DNA of 62,764 bases, filler included, from Choristocarpus tenellus KU-1152 (Eukaryota > Protista > Phaeophyceae): the NCBI GenBank assembly GCA_964200185.2. It is 12 parts of 12 records of this genome, joined end to end, with 100 filler letters (N's around TTAATTAATTAA, not from the genome) between each part and the next. Parts side by side here need not be neighbours in the genome. Positions count along the whole stretch, not along the records: positions 17,007 to 20,049 come from CAXNAD020022736.1; positions 20,150 to 28,649 come from CAXNAD020004645.1; positions 28,750 to 33,207 come from CAXNAD020014460.1; 9 more parts are not named here. One strand, given 5' to 3'. The notes under the pieces are model-generated. The model searched no databases. It was not told the DNA's origin and worked only from the letters and a program-made list of their open reading frames with translations. Within the stretch, counting starts at the first letter, position 1; the number at the start of each line of letters is the position of its first letter. Made by a program: the position numbers and the translations under genes. Below, piece after piece: positions 17,826-30,703 of the stretch.

Positions 17826-18763
17826 ATAAAGATGATGTAATAGGGACAGATCATCGATAAACAATTATCATCTCATGACACGTAGGGATAAATAATAATT
17901 CATACGTGCTGATGAAATGGTGGACGATATTTACAAGCCATGTACACATTACCAGCAAGCTTGTTTCGACAATCGGAATTTGTACACCATTCCTCTGCAT
18001 CGAGTTGCATTGAGTACACATGTTTTGTGATGCGAGATTTCTGGTTGGAAAAGATCTGTGGATCTTTACCACTCAATCAAATATTTGTACATTTCTACTG
18101 GTTTGTGAAAAATAAAGGAGTTACATCGTGGTTTGTCCGACGTGTGGATCGTGCAATGATGTAAAGTGCACAAACTGTCTCAAATATGTAAGACAACATT
18201 AGAAACAGTCATGTGTTGTAACAGAGAAGGTTACGGATAAGTGAAGATATCATTCTATACGTAATCCCTGTATATAGCATATGTATGTGTGGGGCAGGTA
18301 ACGTCGGTAATAGTTAGTACAGTGGAAGTAACAACGAAAAATGGTGATATCCAATATTATCTTACTACTACTGTTGAATCTTCGAATGCGAAGATATCGT
18401 GATCGTAATATTTATTTTATTATGCCCTTCGACATCTTGAATATACAGTAGGAGAAAAACCAATGAAAAAACATTCAAATGTCAGAACAACCCCTGAAAA
18501 AGTAACAGTTGTCGTGGATGTGAAAGATATTTCTCTATGATTGTGAATCGTGTGATTCTGTGGCGGCATGGTTCACTCAGGCAAGGGTGGTGAAGAGAAT
18601 CACCGGGCAAGACGGACCACATGAACAAAGACGAACCGTAACCGGGTGTACGAGGTTAAGGTTGGACAAGTGCAAACTTAGGAGTGATGGGCATTGTCAA
18701 AGATGGGGCTTGATCACCATCAGTCAAGACGTGAGAATAAAGTGGATCTTCCATGTGTGACAT

Positions 18764-19021
18764 GAATCAAATATCTTAGAGGGTAAAGCCAAGTCCATTT
18801 GGGGACCAAAATCCAATGTTACAATTTTGATGTAATTTTGACTATCATGCTCGTTAGGAAATGTCAATATCCTTATTCTGGACACTTCTTTTCATAACAT
18901 AGACATTTTACCTACTCCGAAACATTTTGGAGCAGGTAAAATGTGGTCAAGAACCCGTGGGAAGCAAAGTCTCAAATGGACAAACAGTGCAAAATTCGTA
19001 CCCTCTAAGATAATTTCACTC
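18764..19021 (+). mobile_element. MITE family A copy 2
   Basis: Full length with TIRs. Flanks acat/atat form an imperfect 4-bp TSD. Confidence 0.9.
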
Positions 19022-19199
19022 ATATTCTGACAGAACGTCTGTCCGTGATATCATGGACTCTTGACTGGGAACCTCAATCAGTACCACGGTATAACGGTAT
19101 ATGGCATACGACAATATTGGTATAATAATAGACAAACATGCTTTCCACATCACCCCCCCCTCTGATCGGCCTTGAAGTAAGGTAAACATGATTCAAGGT

Positions 19200-19876
19200 C
19201 AACCAAAAGGTCAGCTCTGGGAGCGAAATGGGAAACATGTGTGATTGTTAGTATACTATCGCACCATTGTATGACACAACTCCATTAATCAAAATGAAGT
19301 ATACAATATAAACGAGGCTAACGATGTATACCTGATCAGGATAAAATAGCCTATAGGTTGATGGTGTGTGGTCAGCACACCAGTCAAGCTTACGAGGTCT
19401 GAGAGTATGGGATCAGCATATCAATCAGCCTAAAGACGAGGCGAGAGGTATATGTGGCCAGCATATAGGTCTCTAGTATCTTGCATAAAACAGAGGATAC
19501 ACTCAGAATTGGGAGACGAGGAGCAAACACTATACACGATGTCAACAAAACGATTTGACTAGTGTTTGTGATTCGACATTGCTATACGGGTGTTATACGG
19601 TGATTTGATCACCACTCCGATGCGTGAAAACAACATTGCATGTTACGTGATCAAATCAACACAGCAAACGGCGAGATCAAATGTGTGCACCCTTTTCCTT
19701 CCTCAATTCTGACTTTGATTGGAAGACTGTTCACGATAACAATATTCTAAGTGGACAACTCAGACGAGCGTACGATGTTGGTGGCTCAACTCTCCTAAAA
19801 CGATACGAGGTGACTGTACGGTCATTACCTACTGTAGGGGGGATCATGCCACACGAAAATAAATAAATAAATAAAT
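19200..19876 (+). mobile_element. Decayed LINE (RTE-like) 3' portion
   Basis: Broken frames give ...LRVWDQHI/ISLKTRREVYVASI.., resembling the post-RT region of RTE elements. It ends in an (AAAT)n tail at 19857-19876. Confidence 0.4.
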
Positions 19877-20484
19877 GAGTAACATGTATGGCTCACCTTA
19901 AGTCCCCATCTCTTACCTGGTGGTAGACTTGAATCTTCTCTTCTTTTTTTCTGTTTTAGGATGGGATTAGTCATTTCATGATGACCAATAAATCCATTTC
20001 ATGAAAGTGTAACATGACGTAATGAACAGCCACCTTTAGCATACATGTGNNNNNNNNNNNNNNNNNNNNNNNNNNNNNNNNNNNNNNNNNNNNTTAATTA
20101 ATTAANNNNNNNNNNNNNNNNNNNNNNNNNNNNNNNNNNNNNNNNNNNNAAGACGGGAGTGTGAGGAATGGGCGGGGGGGTGGGGGGGGGGGGCGGCCAA
20201 ACGGTTGGGGGGGGGGGGCCTAGAGTGTCCCGCGGTCACTCTGTAAGTTGCCAATAGGGAAAAGCAAATACCCAAAATCGTAGCACTACAGAGCACACTG
20301 GAGGCACTACAGAGCAGCACTGCACAACTTGCATCAAGTAGAGACTACACATTGTACAAGAAAAGCCTACACTCACACTGATCCACCTGGAAAAATACTA
20401 CTACAGAGCAAGGCAGCACATGCCGTGGGAGCAAGAGGGGTTTGTGGAGGGGCTACCAGGTTTGGGGCACAGGGGAAAACCCAC

Positions 20485-23386
20485 TTTCTTCTGCCTTGGG
20501 CTCAAACTTCGCCAATCTCTTCACCCTTCTGGCTTCTTGGTGCAATTGGTCCAGCAAATCGTCCTGAGCTTGTCTCACCTGCACCTGCGACGTTGTAAGA
20601 GTAAGAGGGGGGGGGGGATGGGGTAGTTTGTTGGGAGTCTATTTCATTACGTGTTAAACGTAAGACTTGTTTCTTGTTACAGGATCGAAGACTTGTTCCT
20701 CTCTTGTTCCTCTATGACAAGCACAACAGAGCACAACAGAGCACAACAGAGCACAACAGAGTCAAAGCATCTTAGGGGGTAGAGCCGCATCCATTTTGGG
20801 GGCCAAAATCCAATGTTGCGATTCCGATGTAATTTTGGCTATACCATGTTTGTTAGGAAGTGTCAATATCCTCGTTCTGGACACACCTTTTCATAACATC
20901 TACATTTAACCTACTCCGAAATATTTTGGAGTAGGAAAAATGTCACAAAAACCCCAAGGGCAGCAGGCAAGCCCCAAATGGACAAACAGGGCAAAACCCG
21001 TGCCCCGTAAGATACTTACACTCCCAGATAAAACCAACACGCAATTGCCCCCCACGTGTCAAGCATACACTATCACCGATTTTCCTTCTCGGAACCCATG
21101 ATTCGCCAATGAGGGAAGAGCACTCAGAAGAGCTCGATTCTCGTTGACATGTCGTTGACATCTCGTTGACGTGTCATTGACATCTTACAGCTGACATCTT
21201 ACACTCTTCTTGTCGAGAAGAGGTCCCTCCCGGGAGCGCAATCAACCACACACGGACAACTTCTTTTTTTTTAAACAAAACAAAACAAAACAAAACCCAC
21301 AACACACAACACGGTATCAGCACGCGGGGTAAATAGAGGGTGTGAAAAACAATATCATCCCTACAAAGGGGTCGGTGATCACAACAATATCATACAACCC
21401 ACAGAGCTTTGCTGCAGCTCGAGAACTCAATAGATGCAACCTCTTGAGAGCTGGTTTGTCGAGGGCGGTTAGCGGCAATGCATGCATCGACGGCATCCCG
21501 GAAATTGCGGCAGGGTGAGTGCCTTCCTTGTGACTGAAACTTACATGTTGAATTCTAAGAATTTGACCATTGTCTGATGCGAGATATAGGTTTGCCCTCA
21601 CACTACGCCAATCCCACGACCCTACCCAGAACACCCAACACTCTTTAGGATCTCGGATGAAATCACCGCAATACTTGGGGACAAATGAAACCTGCTGAGT
21701 TCACATGCGTCCAACAAACGCCTGTATCATTGCTGACTTGAGCAAGACAACTCTAGATCGTATTTACCTGCTTGCACTAGTGAAAGAGGCGTAGGATAAT
21801 GCAGGTGCACAGGTGACTGCAAGGCGCGAGACAGAAATGCTCATTTGTGCTATTGTGCATTTAATCAGAACCACAGAGAGTGGCCTTGGTTGCATACCCC
21901 TACAAAAACACGGGCATCGGCATCTTCCCCACAAGTACTCCAGATGAGATGCTCACGAGGTCAATCTGCAGTACACCAACTCAGCACAGGTTAACTACCA
22001 CTGCCCTACCTAAGATCTCAATGATTCTGACGACAATAAACAGAAAAAAAATTAGGAGTAAATAATACTTCGTGAGAGTCCCCCAAAGATGCGACAAAAT
22101 ACGGTATGCTAGGCCAAGTCATATTGATTTCATTTACCTTTCGTCTAACAGTAGTGTTGTCTCAATAGATAGAAAATGGCCTTATTAATGGTGGGAGGGC
22201 TAATGATGCAGTAGCAGTGCCTGGATGTTTCACCTCGGCATGACTACAAAACAACTTGCTCTTGGCCACAAGGGCAGGGGTAGGGATGGGTTTAACACAG
22301 GTGACAAGGAAAGGCATGGTTTCGGACGATTGTCTTCAGCAAATTCAGACAAGAGGTGCACGTAAACGGGAGTACACACCTGTGTGGAAAGGGAGGGAAA
22401 ACTCGCCCATTGCAACGAATTGGCCATGCGAGGAAAATTTCCATATCTTGTAACTCATTCCATGGGAAAAGAGGGCTAGCCTACAAAGCGCAATCTCGGC
22501 AATAAGAAACCAAGGTCAGAAATAAAGCCCTATAACAAAAAGGCGCAAAAAACTCTGTTCGAATGAAGGCGGACGGGACAGCAGCGAACGCTTTTAAAAC
22601 TGTGAAAACATTAGTGCGAAAAGTAGTAATTTCTAGGGAAGAAAACAAACATCCATCAGCGAATGAGCAAATACCTGCATCTGTACTTCTAAGTCCTTCA
22701 TCTCGTAGTCGTTGAGCTCCCTGATGTTAGCGATCAGCCTCTCTTTATACTTTTCTGCCGCCGCCTCTTGCCGCTTCTTCACCTTCAAGAGCTTCGCTTC
22801 CTCGGCAGCAATTGAGGGATGCTCGCCTGATCCACATAGGTCAGAGGGGGAATCAATACTTATGTACGTAAGGTGGTAAAGAGAGCACACATTGGATGCA
22901 ACCTGAAACAATTATAGTCCAGTGCAAGTGGGTTGTGGAAGTCGTTGCGCAGATATCAACGGTCGGCATGTTACTACGACCCCGTTTTAACGGCATCCTA
23001 CATAAGGCACAGAAATACTTCTTTTTTGGTCGGAACACCTTCAAATCAATGGCTTCGGTTCCAATCAAAACTTGCTCGTCAGAAGGGGCAGGTAGACAAG
23101 AATAGATTACAAGAGGCTAGCACTCACCGCTTTGGCTTTCACTGATCTGCATGTAGAGCTTATCGATAACCTCCTTGTACTGGTCATTCTCTGCGACATT
23201 TTTCGAATTACTGAAGGTAGAATTTTCGCTGCTGGGAACTCTAGGGATGTCTACATCCTCATCGTCCACCCCTGACACGATAGAGGATGCATCTCCGTCA
23301 AAACCCCGGTCAGGCAGTGAGTCCGCCTCGCCCCCGCGGGGTGTGTCCGGATCTTCACTCGAGTTCCTTCCATCTGAGGAGCTCAT
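20485..23386 (-). CDS. Spliced gene of unknown function (acidic N-terminus plus coiled coil); exons 23386-23128, 22826-22675, probable further exon ~20584/20578-20485
   Basis: MSSSDGRNSSEDPDTPRGGEADS...YKEVIDKLYMQISESQS|GEHPSIAAEEAKLLKVKKRQEAAAEKYKERLIANIRELNDYEMKDLEVQMQ|(VQ)VRQAQDDLLDQLHQEARRVKRLAKFEPKAEE. The first two exons are phase-compatible GT-AG; the third is tentative. Confidence 0.6.
20759..21023 (+). mobile_element. MITE family A copy 3
   Basis: gagtcaaagcatcttagggggtagag...gtaagatacttacactc. No TSD is preserved; the left flank is a (gcacaacaga)4 repeat. Confidence 0.9.
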
Positions 23387-23927
23387 CGTGTCTGAATGCA
23401 GGACTACTACTTCGGTCGGAAAAAGAGGAAGGGGCGAAGCTCCAACGAGTCGAGCAACACCGAAAGTTGTATCGACTTGACAATTCAAACTTTCCTCTGT
23501 TCAACCCCGACTTCGCAACGCTCAACCCAGGAGGATCTTGTCTTCTCCGAGGATTAGAAAAAGACCTCTCCACAATCGTGCAGCACGGAAATCAGGAGTT
23601 AACACGCTCAACACCGAAAATTTGCGCAAATAGACAACAACGTTGAAGCGATGGTTGGAAGGTTGGTGTACTATTTTGTATTTTGTATAACAACAAACAG
23701 TATTTATTGATTGTTGGGATTGAAATAGATTTCTTGGGGTGAAAGAAGCAAAAAATAAATCGAACATGAAAACATGCCCTCAAAATAGTGTTAAACTCCT
23801 CACTATGATGATTGCAACCCATGAAGTACCCATATGTGAATCGCCCCACCACTCCACTTCCAGGGGAGTCTGCACTTTATAGGTTGAGACCCTCCTGAAC
23901 ATACACCTCCATCACTAACCGTCAGTC
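23387..23927. promoter_or_regulatory. Probable bidirectional promoter region (~540 bp between divergent ATGs)
   Basis: Predicted start codons at 23386 (-) and 23928 (+), with CpG-rich flanking first exons. Confidence 0.5.
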
Positions 23928-26912
23928 ATGCCGGGTAGTGTCGGCAAGGAAGAGGCCGAGTCTCTCCTCTCTGCAGCCCGAGACGCTGATATTAGCCTCC
24001 CCAAGGTGTGGTTTAGTCCAGTAGAACTGTACTTTGGAGGGATTCACTGCAGTGCATCAATCTTTTGATTGAAAGAAGAGTCCATAGTCATTGTGCTCAC
24101 CTAGCTAGAGATGTCTACAACTGTCCAAGTCTTACCGTGTGTGCCTCAAACCTCCATATTTTTCGTGGAGCCCTTATATCCTTGATGACGATGAACCTCT
24201 TTCTCATGAACCTCAGGGCAAGAAGGAATGTATCGGTGAAGCCAAGATCGCCATAGAAGGTGCCATGCGCGGCGACGGTAGTAATGGGTACAATGAGGAG
24301 GCTGCCTTGCAGGTGATTACCCACGCCGCCATTGATTATCTTCACAATAGCAAAGATGTATCATGCACCAAGATCCTCTGCCACTCTCCCCTTTGCCAGT
24401 CCAGTATCGTGGTATACCTTGTGAGCCGTCCTTCGTGCATCAATGTATGTGCTGTACCAGGCACTTGAGATCAAGTATGGTAAGAAAAAGAAGAAGAAGG
24501 CGAAAAGAAAGGCCGAGGACTCAGAAATCGAGGGACCGGAGAAGGTTCCAGCCGCCAAGTCGGTAGCCAAAATGGCCTCAGTACTGAACGAGGTATGGGC
24601 CGTCCATTGATCGTTTTCTTCGCTTTCTGCTGCTGTGTACACTGCTGTGGGAATTGCCATCCTCCGTGGATGTGCCCTTGATTCCTATTGGACAATCAAT
24701 GGCACCTTTTTCCGCAAGGAGGGTGACTTGTCGTGCGAATTTCATCGGTCAATTTTGCTCACTCCCCCTCCTGTTGAAAGGTATGGGACATCTCGGACAA
24801 AGCAAAGAGGAAGGAAGTGGCCGTTAAGCTCTGTGATCTCGCCAAGACCAGAGGCATCAAAATGCCAGAGGTGAGTAAGTCGTCAGCACAGCTGCTCCCA
24901 TTCTCTTATCTATTTTGATGCAGTACTGGTGGTGATGTCCATTAGGGATATAGAACTTTCCGCTTATGGGGAAGTTGGGAATGTACCCTGCCTTGCACCA
25001 ATCATGATATTGGTTTTTTAATATTTCTTGTGGCCTTAATGAAGAGTGAAGAGATGTACAGTGATAACATCTGACCACTCTTGTATTTTTCTGCAAGGTA
25101 TATTTTGCTCCCTTGGGTGAATTATCAGAATGGGTGCAGCAGAGAGAAATAAGGTGAAAGCTTGAGTCACCATATGTATCATGGAAAAAGACTAGGAGCC
25201 TAAATTGTTTAGTGCATGAGCAAGTTACAGCGTTGTGAACAAGGCAACACCACAAATTCATTTGAATTTTTGTTCGTTGGAACTTTGGTTGTAAGATACC
25301 TATTGGCTTACGTTTTGTTGCGAGCATCAACTTCCAGCCCTGGCCCCCCCTTTACCATCATACACAACCATTCTCACAGTGAGGACCTGTCTTGTATTGA
25401 TTCAGGGCGAGGACCAGATGCGTGTTGGAGCAGGCAGGGCACTCATGGGTGTCAAGAACGAGAAGGGGGAAGTGAAGGTGAAAGATGTTCTTGAGGTGAG
25501 TCCAATGAATTGTGGGCACAAGAACATGACCTCGTCTTGATTGGTGGACAAGACCACTTTGCCACCATAGGCTAGTGTTGGTTCTTTGACTTGTGTAGTA
25601 CCATAGTGCATCAAAAAAGCAGTACCCAGAATAGGTGCCATCCTTTCACAATTTTGTCTCTCCAGCCTCCCTCTTCCCCCATGCAGACTTCAAACAAAAT
25701 TCTCAACCTATGCACACACCTTGGTTGATGGTCCCGCTTGCATCCAGGAGCTGAAAGAGACATACGGTGTGGACCCCACTTGGGTTGATCCAGATGAAAC
25801 CTCTAAGCCCAAGAAAAAGGCCAAGAGCAAGGCCACACCGGTGAGATTTGCTTTGTTCCCTTTTGATCAACCTGCAAAGGAAGGCAGAGGACATTGAAGG
25901 GGGAAACGCTGGCCCAGTACAGTGCCATAGCCGTGCTTTGTTAGGGGCTGGTATTCCCAATTCTGTTTTGTTGAAGGAGTGATAAATCTGTGATGTTGTG
26001 ACATCCTGTGGGATACAAGATAAACCTCTGACACTTGTCCCGCCCCCACTTGTGCTCCCATCTATTCTAAATTGTGCAACCTGTAGAGCCTGAATCATTC
26101 AAAGTTGTGATGGCCAAGTCCATGCAGGTTTCTTTTTGTCAACTCTCCGTTAGAGAAGAGTGTATCCACCCCCCCGTAATAATCAACCACACTAACCTGG
26201 GGGGGGGTTTCTCTCCTGGTATAGGCTAACATGATCACCTCCACCCCTAACAAAATGAACCGCATCAAATACATTATCCTTCCGTTGGTTTGATTGGAAC
26301 ATCAACAATTATTTGGACCACCTCTTCTTGGTTATACCCCCTTTGTGGTGCAATGATCTCTATGTCCTTGAACAGGCGTTGGAAATTCCTGTGGTAAATG
26401 TCCCCCTGGTCAGTAACCTTGTCAAACAGAACTTTCTCGTAACAGTCTATTGCATTATTTTGTGTTGTGGCCTTGGAGGGAGAGGAGGGCTCTGTACCGT
26501 TGACACACGTACAGAAGGTTCAAGAATAGAAACAAATAAATAAAAAATCAGCAACAGATCAGGGAGTGAAGTTATCTCTTACTGACCATAGAGTGGACAT
26601 GGTTATCATAGTGCACACTGATACCTATGCTCTCTCAGAGACAAGGCAAGTTGGGGAAAGGAGCAGGTCATCATGCTGATGTCCATCCAGGCTTTTTGAA
26701 CCCTTGGAGATGTGTAGCGTCTTGAACTTCTTGTGCCTTTAAGGGGTCAATTGATATAAAGATCGTTTCCAATGGTCTGAGTGCTTCCCACACCCGTGCT
26801 TTCTTGCCTGAAGGCAGTGTGTCCAGAAAATGAGGAAATAGCGGAACTTTTCAAGGAACTGGCTGGCATCTACTTCAAAGAGGGCAGCAAGGCCGGCATG
26901 GTCTACCAGAAG
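23928..26912 (+). CDS. Lysine-rich protein with two internal helical repeats and the start of a DNA polymerase beta/Pol X-type N-terminal helical (HHH_8-like) domain; exons 23928-24005, 24217-24312, 24461-24592, 24781-24870, 25406-25495, 25748-25840, 26814-26912 (3' incomplete)
   Basis: Seven GT-AG exons, each a multiple of 3 long, give MPGSVGKEEAESLLSAARDADISLPK|GKKECIGEAK...AALQ|ALEIKYGKKKKKKAKRKAEDSE...|VWDISDKAKRKEVAVKLCDLAKTRGIKMPE|GEDQMRVGAGRALMG...VLE|ELKETYGVDP...|AVCPENEEIAELFKELAGIYFKEGSKAGMVYQK. The last exon matches the N-x-x-I-A-x-x-F-x-E-L-A...Y-x-K start of Pol X/MUS81-type HhH domains. Confidence 0.8.
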
Positions 26913-27538
26913 GTGGGTGCTAACAGAACAAAATGAAAGTGTTGGTTATTGTCCGACATTGCCTCTCAGTCGTCGCTTGCAGTGGCGCATGAATAGTGTA
27001 GACGCCTTTTGTTAGACTGCCCGATCACCTTTCTGTTTGTGTTTCGAATTTGACAGGATTTGTGTTTCGAATTATTTGCTAAGCCACTATATTTGCCCCC
27101 CAAGTACAATTCATTGTTAAAGAGATAACCTCCAAACAGTAGGTGAAACTCAACTCGCTTGAGGTGTAACCATGGCACTACTGTAGTTGTACGGCTATGA
27201 AGGATTGTAGATACCTCTCTCTCTCTGGAAAAAAAATAAAATGTGGAGAAATCTGCCAGACCTCTTTTGTCCCTGTACTTCATCTCAGGTTTGCATGAGG
27301 GTCAGCTGTACTGTTGTTCCTGGCATGCCCTTTTGGTGTCCTTGACCCTTGTGCACACAACATCAACCCTTGCTCTGTACAGTAGGCAAGTAAGGTTGTG
27401 ATTTGCCATCTCGGTGTGAAGGGTATTGACAGTAAGGTTGCTTCTGCAGCATTTAACAGGATCTGTCAATATTCTAAGTAGCACTTACTTTTTGGTAGAT
27501 CTTAGACACAGTATTGAAACATGGGGAAAGTTCGTGTT

Positions 27539-27574
<36 letters not shown>

Positions 27575-28585
27575 NNNNNNNNNNAAAAACATTTTTTTTT
27601 TTGGGATTTTTAAACCCAATAATTAAAAAGGGGGGGGGGTCTTGTTTTCCCCCCCCCCCCCCCCCCCCTGCCCTCCCTACTGATCATGACCTGCAAATGT
27701 TGAGAACCTGTTCCTGATCCAGTATTGTTACAATAGAATCATTAGTTTGTGTGTGAGGAATGTCTGTCACAATTGTATAGGTTTGACCTCTGGTAACCTC
27801 TGTTAGGAGTCAGAATGAAGAGGAATTTTTTAATTGCAACAGTGGTAAACCCATCCACAACTTTAGAGTAATATTTGTGGTTTTTGACACCTGTATACTG
27901 TAATCTCATCTACCCCCCCCCCACCCACCCATACCTTCCATGCTCAACCTTCCAAGGTGTGCACTGCAATCAAGTCCCTGGACTACGTGCTGACAGAGGC
28001 TCCCAAGGTTAGCCAATGAAGACAGTGTCTTACCATATGCTTTTTCTACATATTTGACAAGTAATGGGGGTGTCCTGGGACTGTTTTCTTCCTTACACAA
28101 TGGGTGCATAAGGTTGTGAAACATGGTGTCTTTTGCCTGGTGCAGTAGCACCCACCGTATGGTGCCCTGTAGTGTACTTGTGGATAGACAGTATTATAGG
28201 CTACTGCTCTGCAACACCTCACAAAATACACTGTGCTTGTGGATAGTATTATTTTCAGTTACGTGTTTTCCGCAATAGCCTACCTCATATTCCTTCCTCA
28301 ATGAAACAACCTGGGAATACAGTTACTCGCATGTGGCACAACGACTATAGCATCTAAATCCTTAGACTGTGATTAAGTCAGTGACAGCTTGTGGTCCAGG
28401 GCTGTCTTCCCTCCACCAGCCTACCCTCCTTCTACCGTATTTTCAATGGCGAGTGGTAGAAGGAGCAGTGGACAAGCGTATTCCATACCTCCAACACGAT
28501 GTGTTGTAGTTTATGTTGAAATTCACACTGCTGGGTCTGCCCTGCTCGACTTTGTCCATTTTTTCCTTTGTGACCAATGTGTATG

Positions 28586-28598
28586 GGGTCAAAGTATA

Positions 28599-28629
<31 letters not shown>

Positions 28630-28649
28630 TGTTTGTTCTTTTTTTTTTT
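28586..28649. mobile_element. MITE family B terminus (gggtcaaagtat-polyG) at a contig end
   Basis: Same terminus as at 38062, 40803, 51706 and others. Confidence 0.7.
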
Positions 28650-30703
28650 NNNNNNNNNNNNNNNNNNNNNNNNNNNNNNNNNNNNNNNNNNNNTTAATTA
28701 ATTAANNNNNNNNNNNNNNNNNNNNNNNNNNNNNNNNNNNNNNNNNNNNGGCCGAATAACGGGGCGTGCGGAGCGGGTGGGAGGGCGGTGAGGGGGAGGG
28801 GGTGGGGTTCGTGGAGCGGAGAGAGAGATAGTGGGTCATGGTGTATCTGTTGGAAGAATCCATGAGGGTGTAACCTCCAACCAACCAACCAACCAACCAA
28901 CCAACCAACCAATCAAATCAAATCAAATCAATCAACAGCAGAAAAAAAAAAAATGAAATTGTAATACTAGTGTTTGAAGCATGTAGCACAATACATCAGC
29001 GCGCACACAGCACGACTAGACAACTTTTTTTCTTTTTTTAAAATGAAACACAACGTGAAGTCTACGCAGGGAAGTGTAAGTCCATGTAGCCAACCAATTG
29101 ACGGCACAGCAACTTGAGAACAATTCAGATATCCCGCCAAAATATTACGGGAGTGGCAGATCAGTACGACGTTATGAGGTACACTACGAATATACTCTTG
29201 TGCCGCCGAAGGTATATATTCCCATACTTCATAAACTATAATTCAGTCAGCATGTCAACAATCACATTGAACGCTCTACTACGGCCGATGAACCAACCCG
29301 ACAGTTCATGCACTACTTCATCAACAAAGCACCATGATACCATATCCACACAAGCTTACTTCTTTACATACTTCCAGCTCCAATATAATTCCTCGGCCCA
29401 CAAGTCTACCTACACCATCGCCTGTGTACTGATTGATCATCCGCATTCCCATTCTGACAACTTCCAAGTTTATAAATTAGCAATGGTACGCCCTCCTAAA
29501 AATAGGCAACATCCATCCGCTAATCGAAAATCAGGTCGTAGCTCTTCACCAAGTAATTGAGTCTCTAGGTAACAGCTGCACATTAGCGTGATTTTCATTC
29601 ACTAACAGTGCAACACATTTCTGTACAAACACTCTTCATGCATGCACTCCAGAGCACTCCAGAGTACACGCCATAGCAAGGACAGAACGACCAAAAATAT
29701 ATATTATGGAGACTGACTGTTGGATTGGTCAGTTCAGGTGTGTTATCGTGTACATGAGAGCACACCCAAAGACAAAATGGTGAAGTGGTTTCTGGGTCAG
29801 AATTTTTGGTACCGGGGGTGGTGGGAGGGTGGGAGGGTAGGGGAGGGGTCTGACAACTGTTACGACTCTACAAACAGTTTCCCTTGAAGCAACAAGTAAT
29901 TGAATCTTCACAATAACAACCATTGAAGAGACAAAAAAAAAGAGAGTAGAAACATTTTGGGCTGCTGGGTCCCTCCTACTAGGAAGGACCATGCTGTGCT
30001 TGCCTGATGAAGAGTACCCCAGCTATTTAAGACCTCGTTGAAAAAACTACAAGGTGGGAGAGCTCACAGGGTACATAGCACACCAACACTTGAAAATATG
30101 TGATCTGAGGTGGGCAATTGTAATGCACTAGAGGGTCTCCTTCTGGGCTTACGTTGGTGAGAGATCAAGCCAAAGACTGAGGGGTGAGGCGAAGCCCCTT
30201 CTGCAGCAACCTCCAGAGCAAAAAATCAGTAACAAGGAAGGTTCCAAAGTTGCCGCCCGCTCAGTACTCCATATCAGACTAAGGGAGAGTGAGTGCTACT
30301 ATATGCCATCGGAAGTTAACCCCAGTACATTTGTATATATATATTCTAAATATTCAAATTGATTTTAAGGTGATAGAAATCAGGTTGGTGCCAAGTCCCA
30401 GGGCACATCCATTTCAGGGCAGCTGACTGAACGAATTTCACCAGCTTAAAAAAATGAATCAAGATGTGCCTACAAGTGATAGAACAATGGGTCATGGCTA
30501 AGTGTATACACATGCATAGTTTGTTAAAACAGTTAACCCCCTCATATTTGTAACTTGGATTGATTAGAGAGTAAAAGTCGGCTTCAGCTATCACCCATTA
30601 ATATGAACAGACAGTAGAAAGGAGAGACTCGGTGTGCCCTTTTCTTAGAGCTCCCAGCGCATTCAAACTTCATCTACAGCAATAGTGTCAACTTGTGGCT
30701 CAC

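Noticed and set aside
22853-23068. ORF with CALC motif as an exon of the minus-strand gene
   Set aside because: The flanking exons splice in phase without it, and including it would need very short introns.
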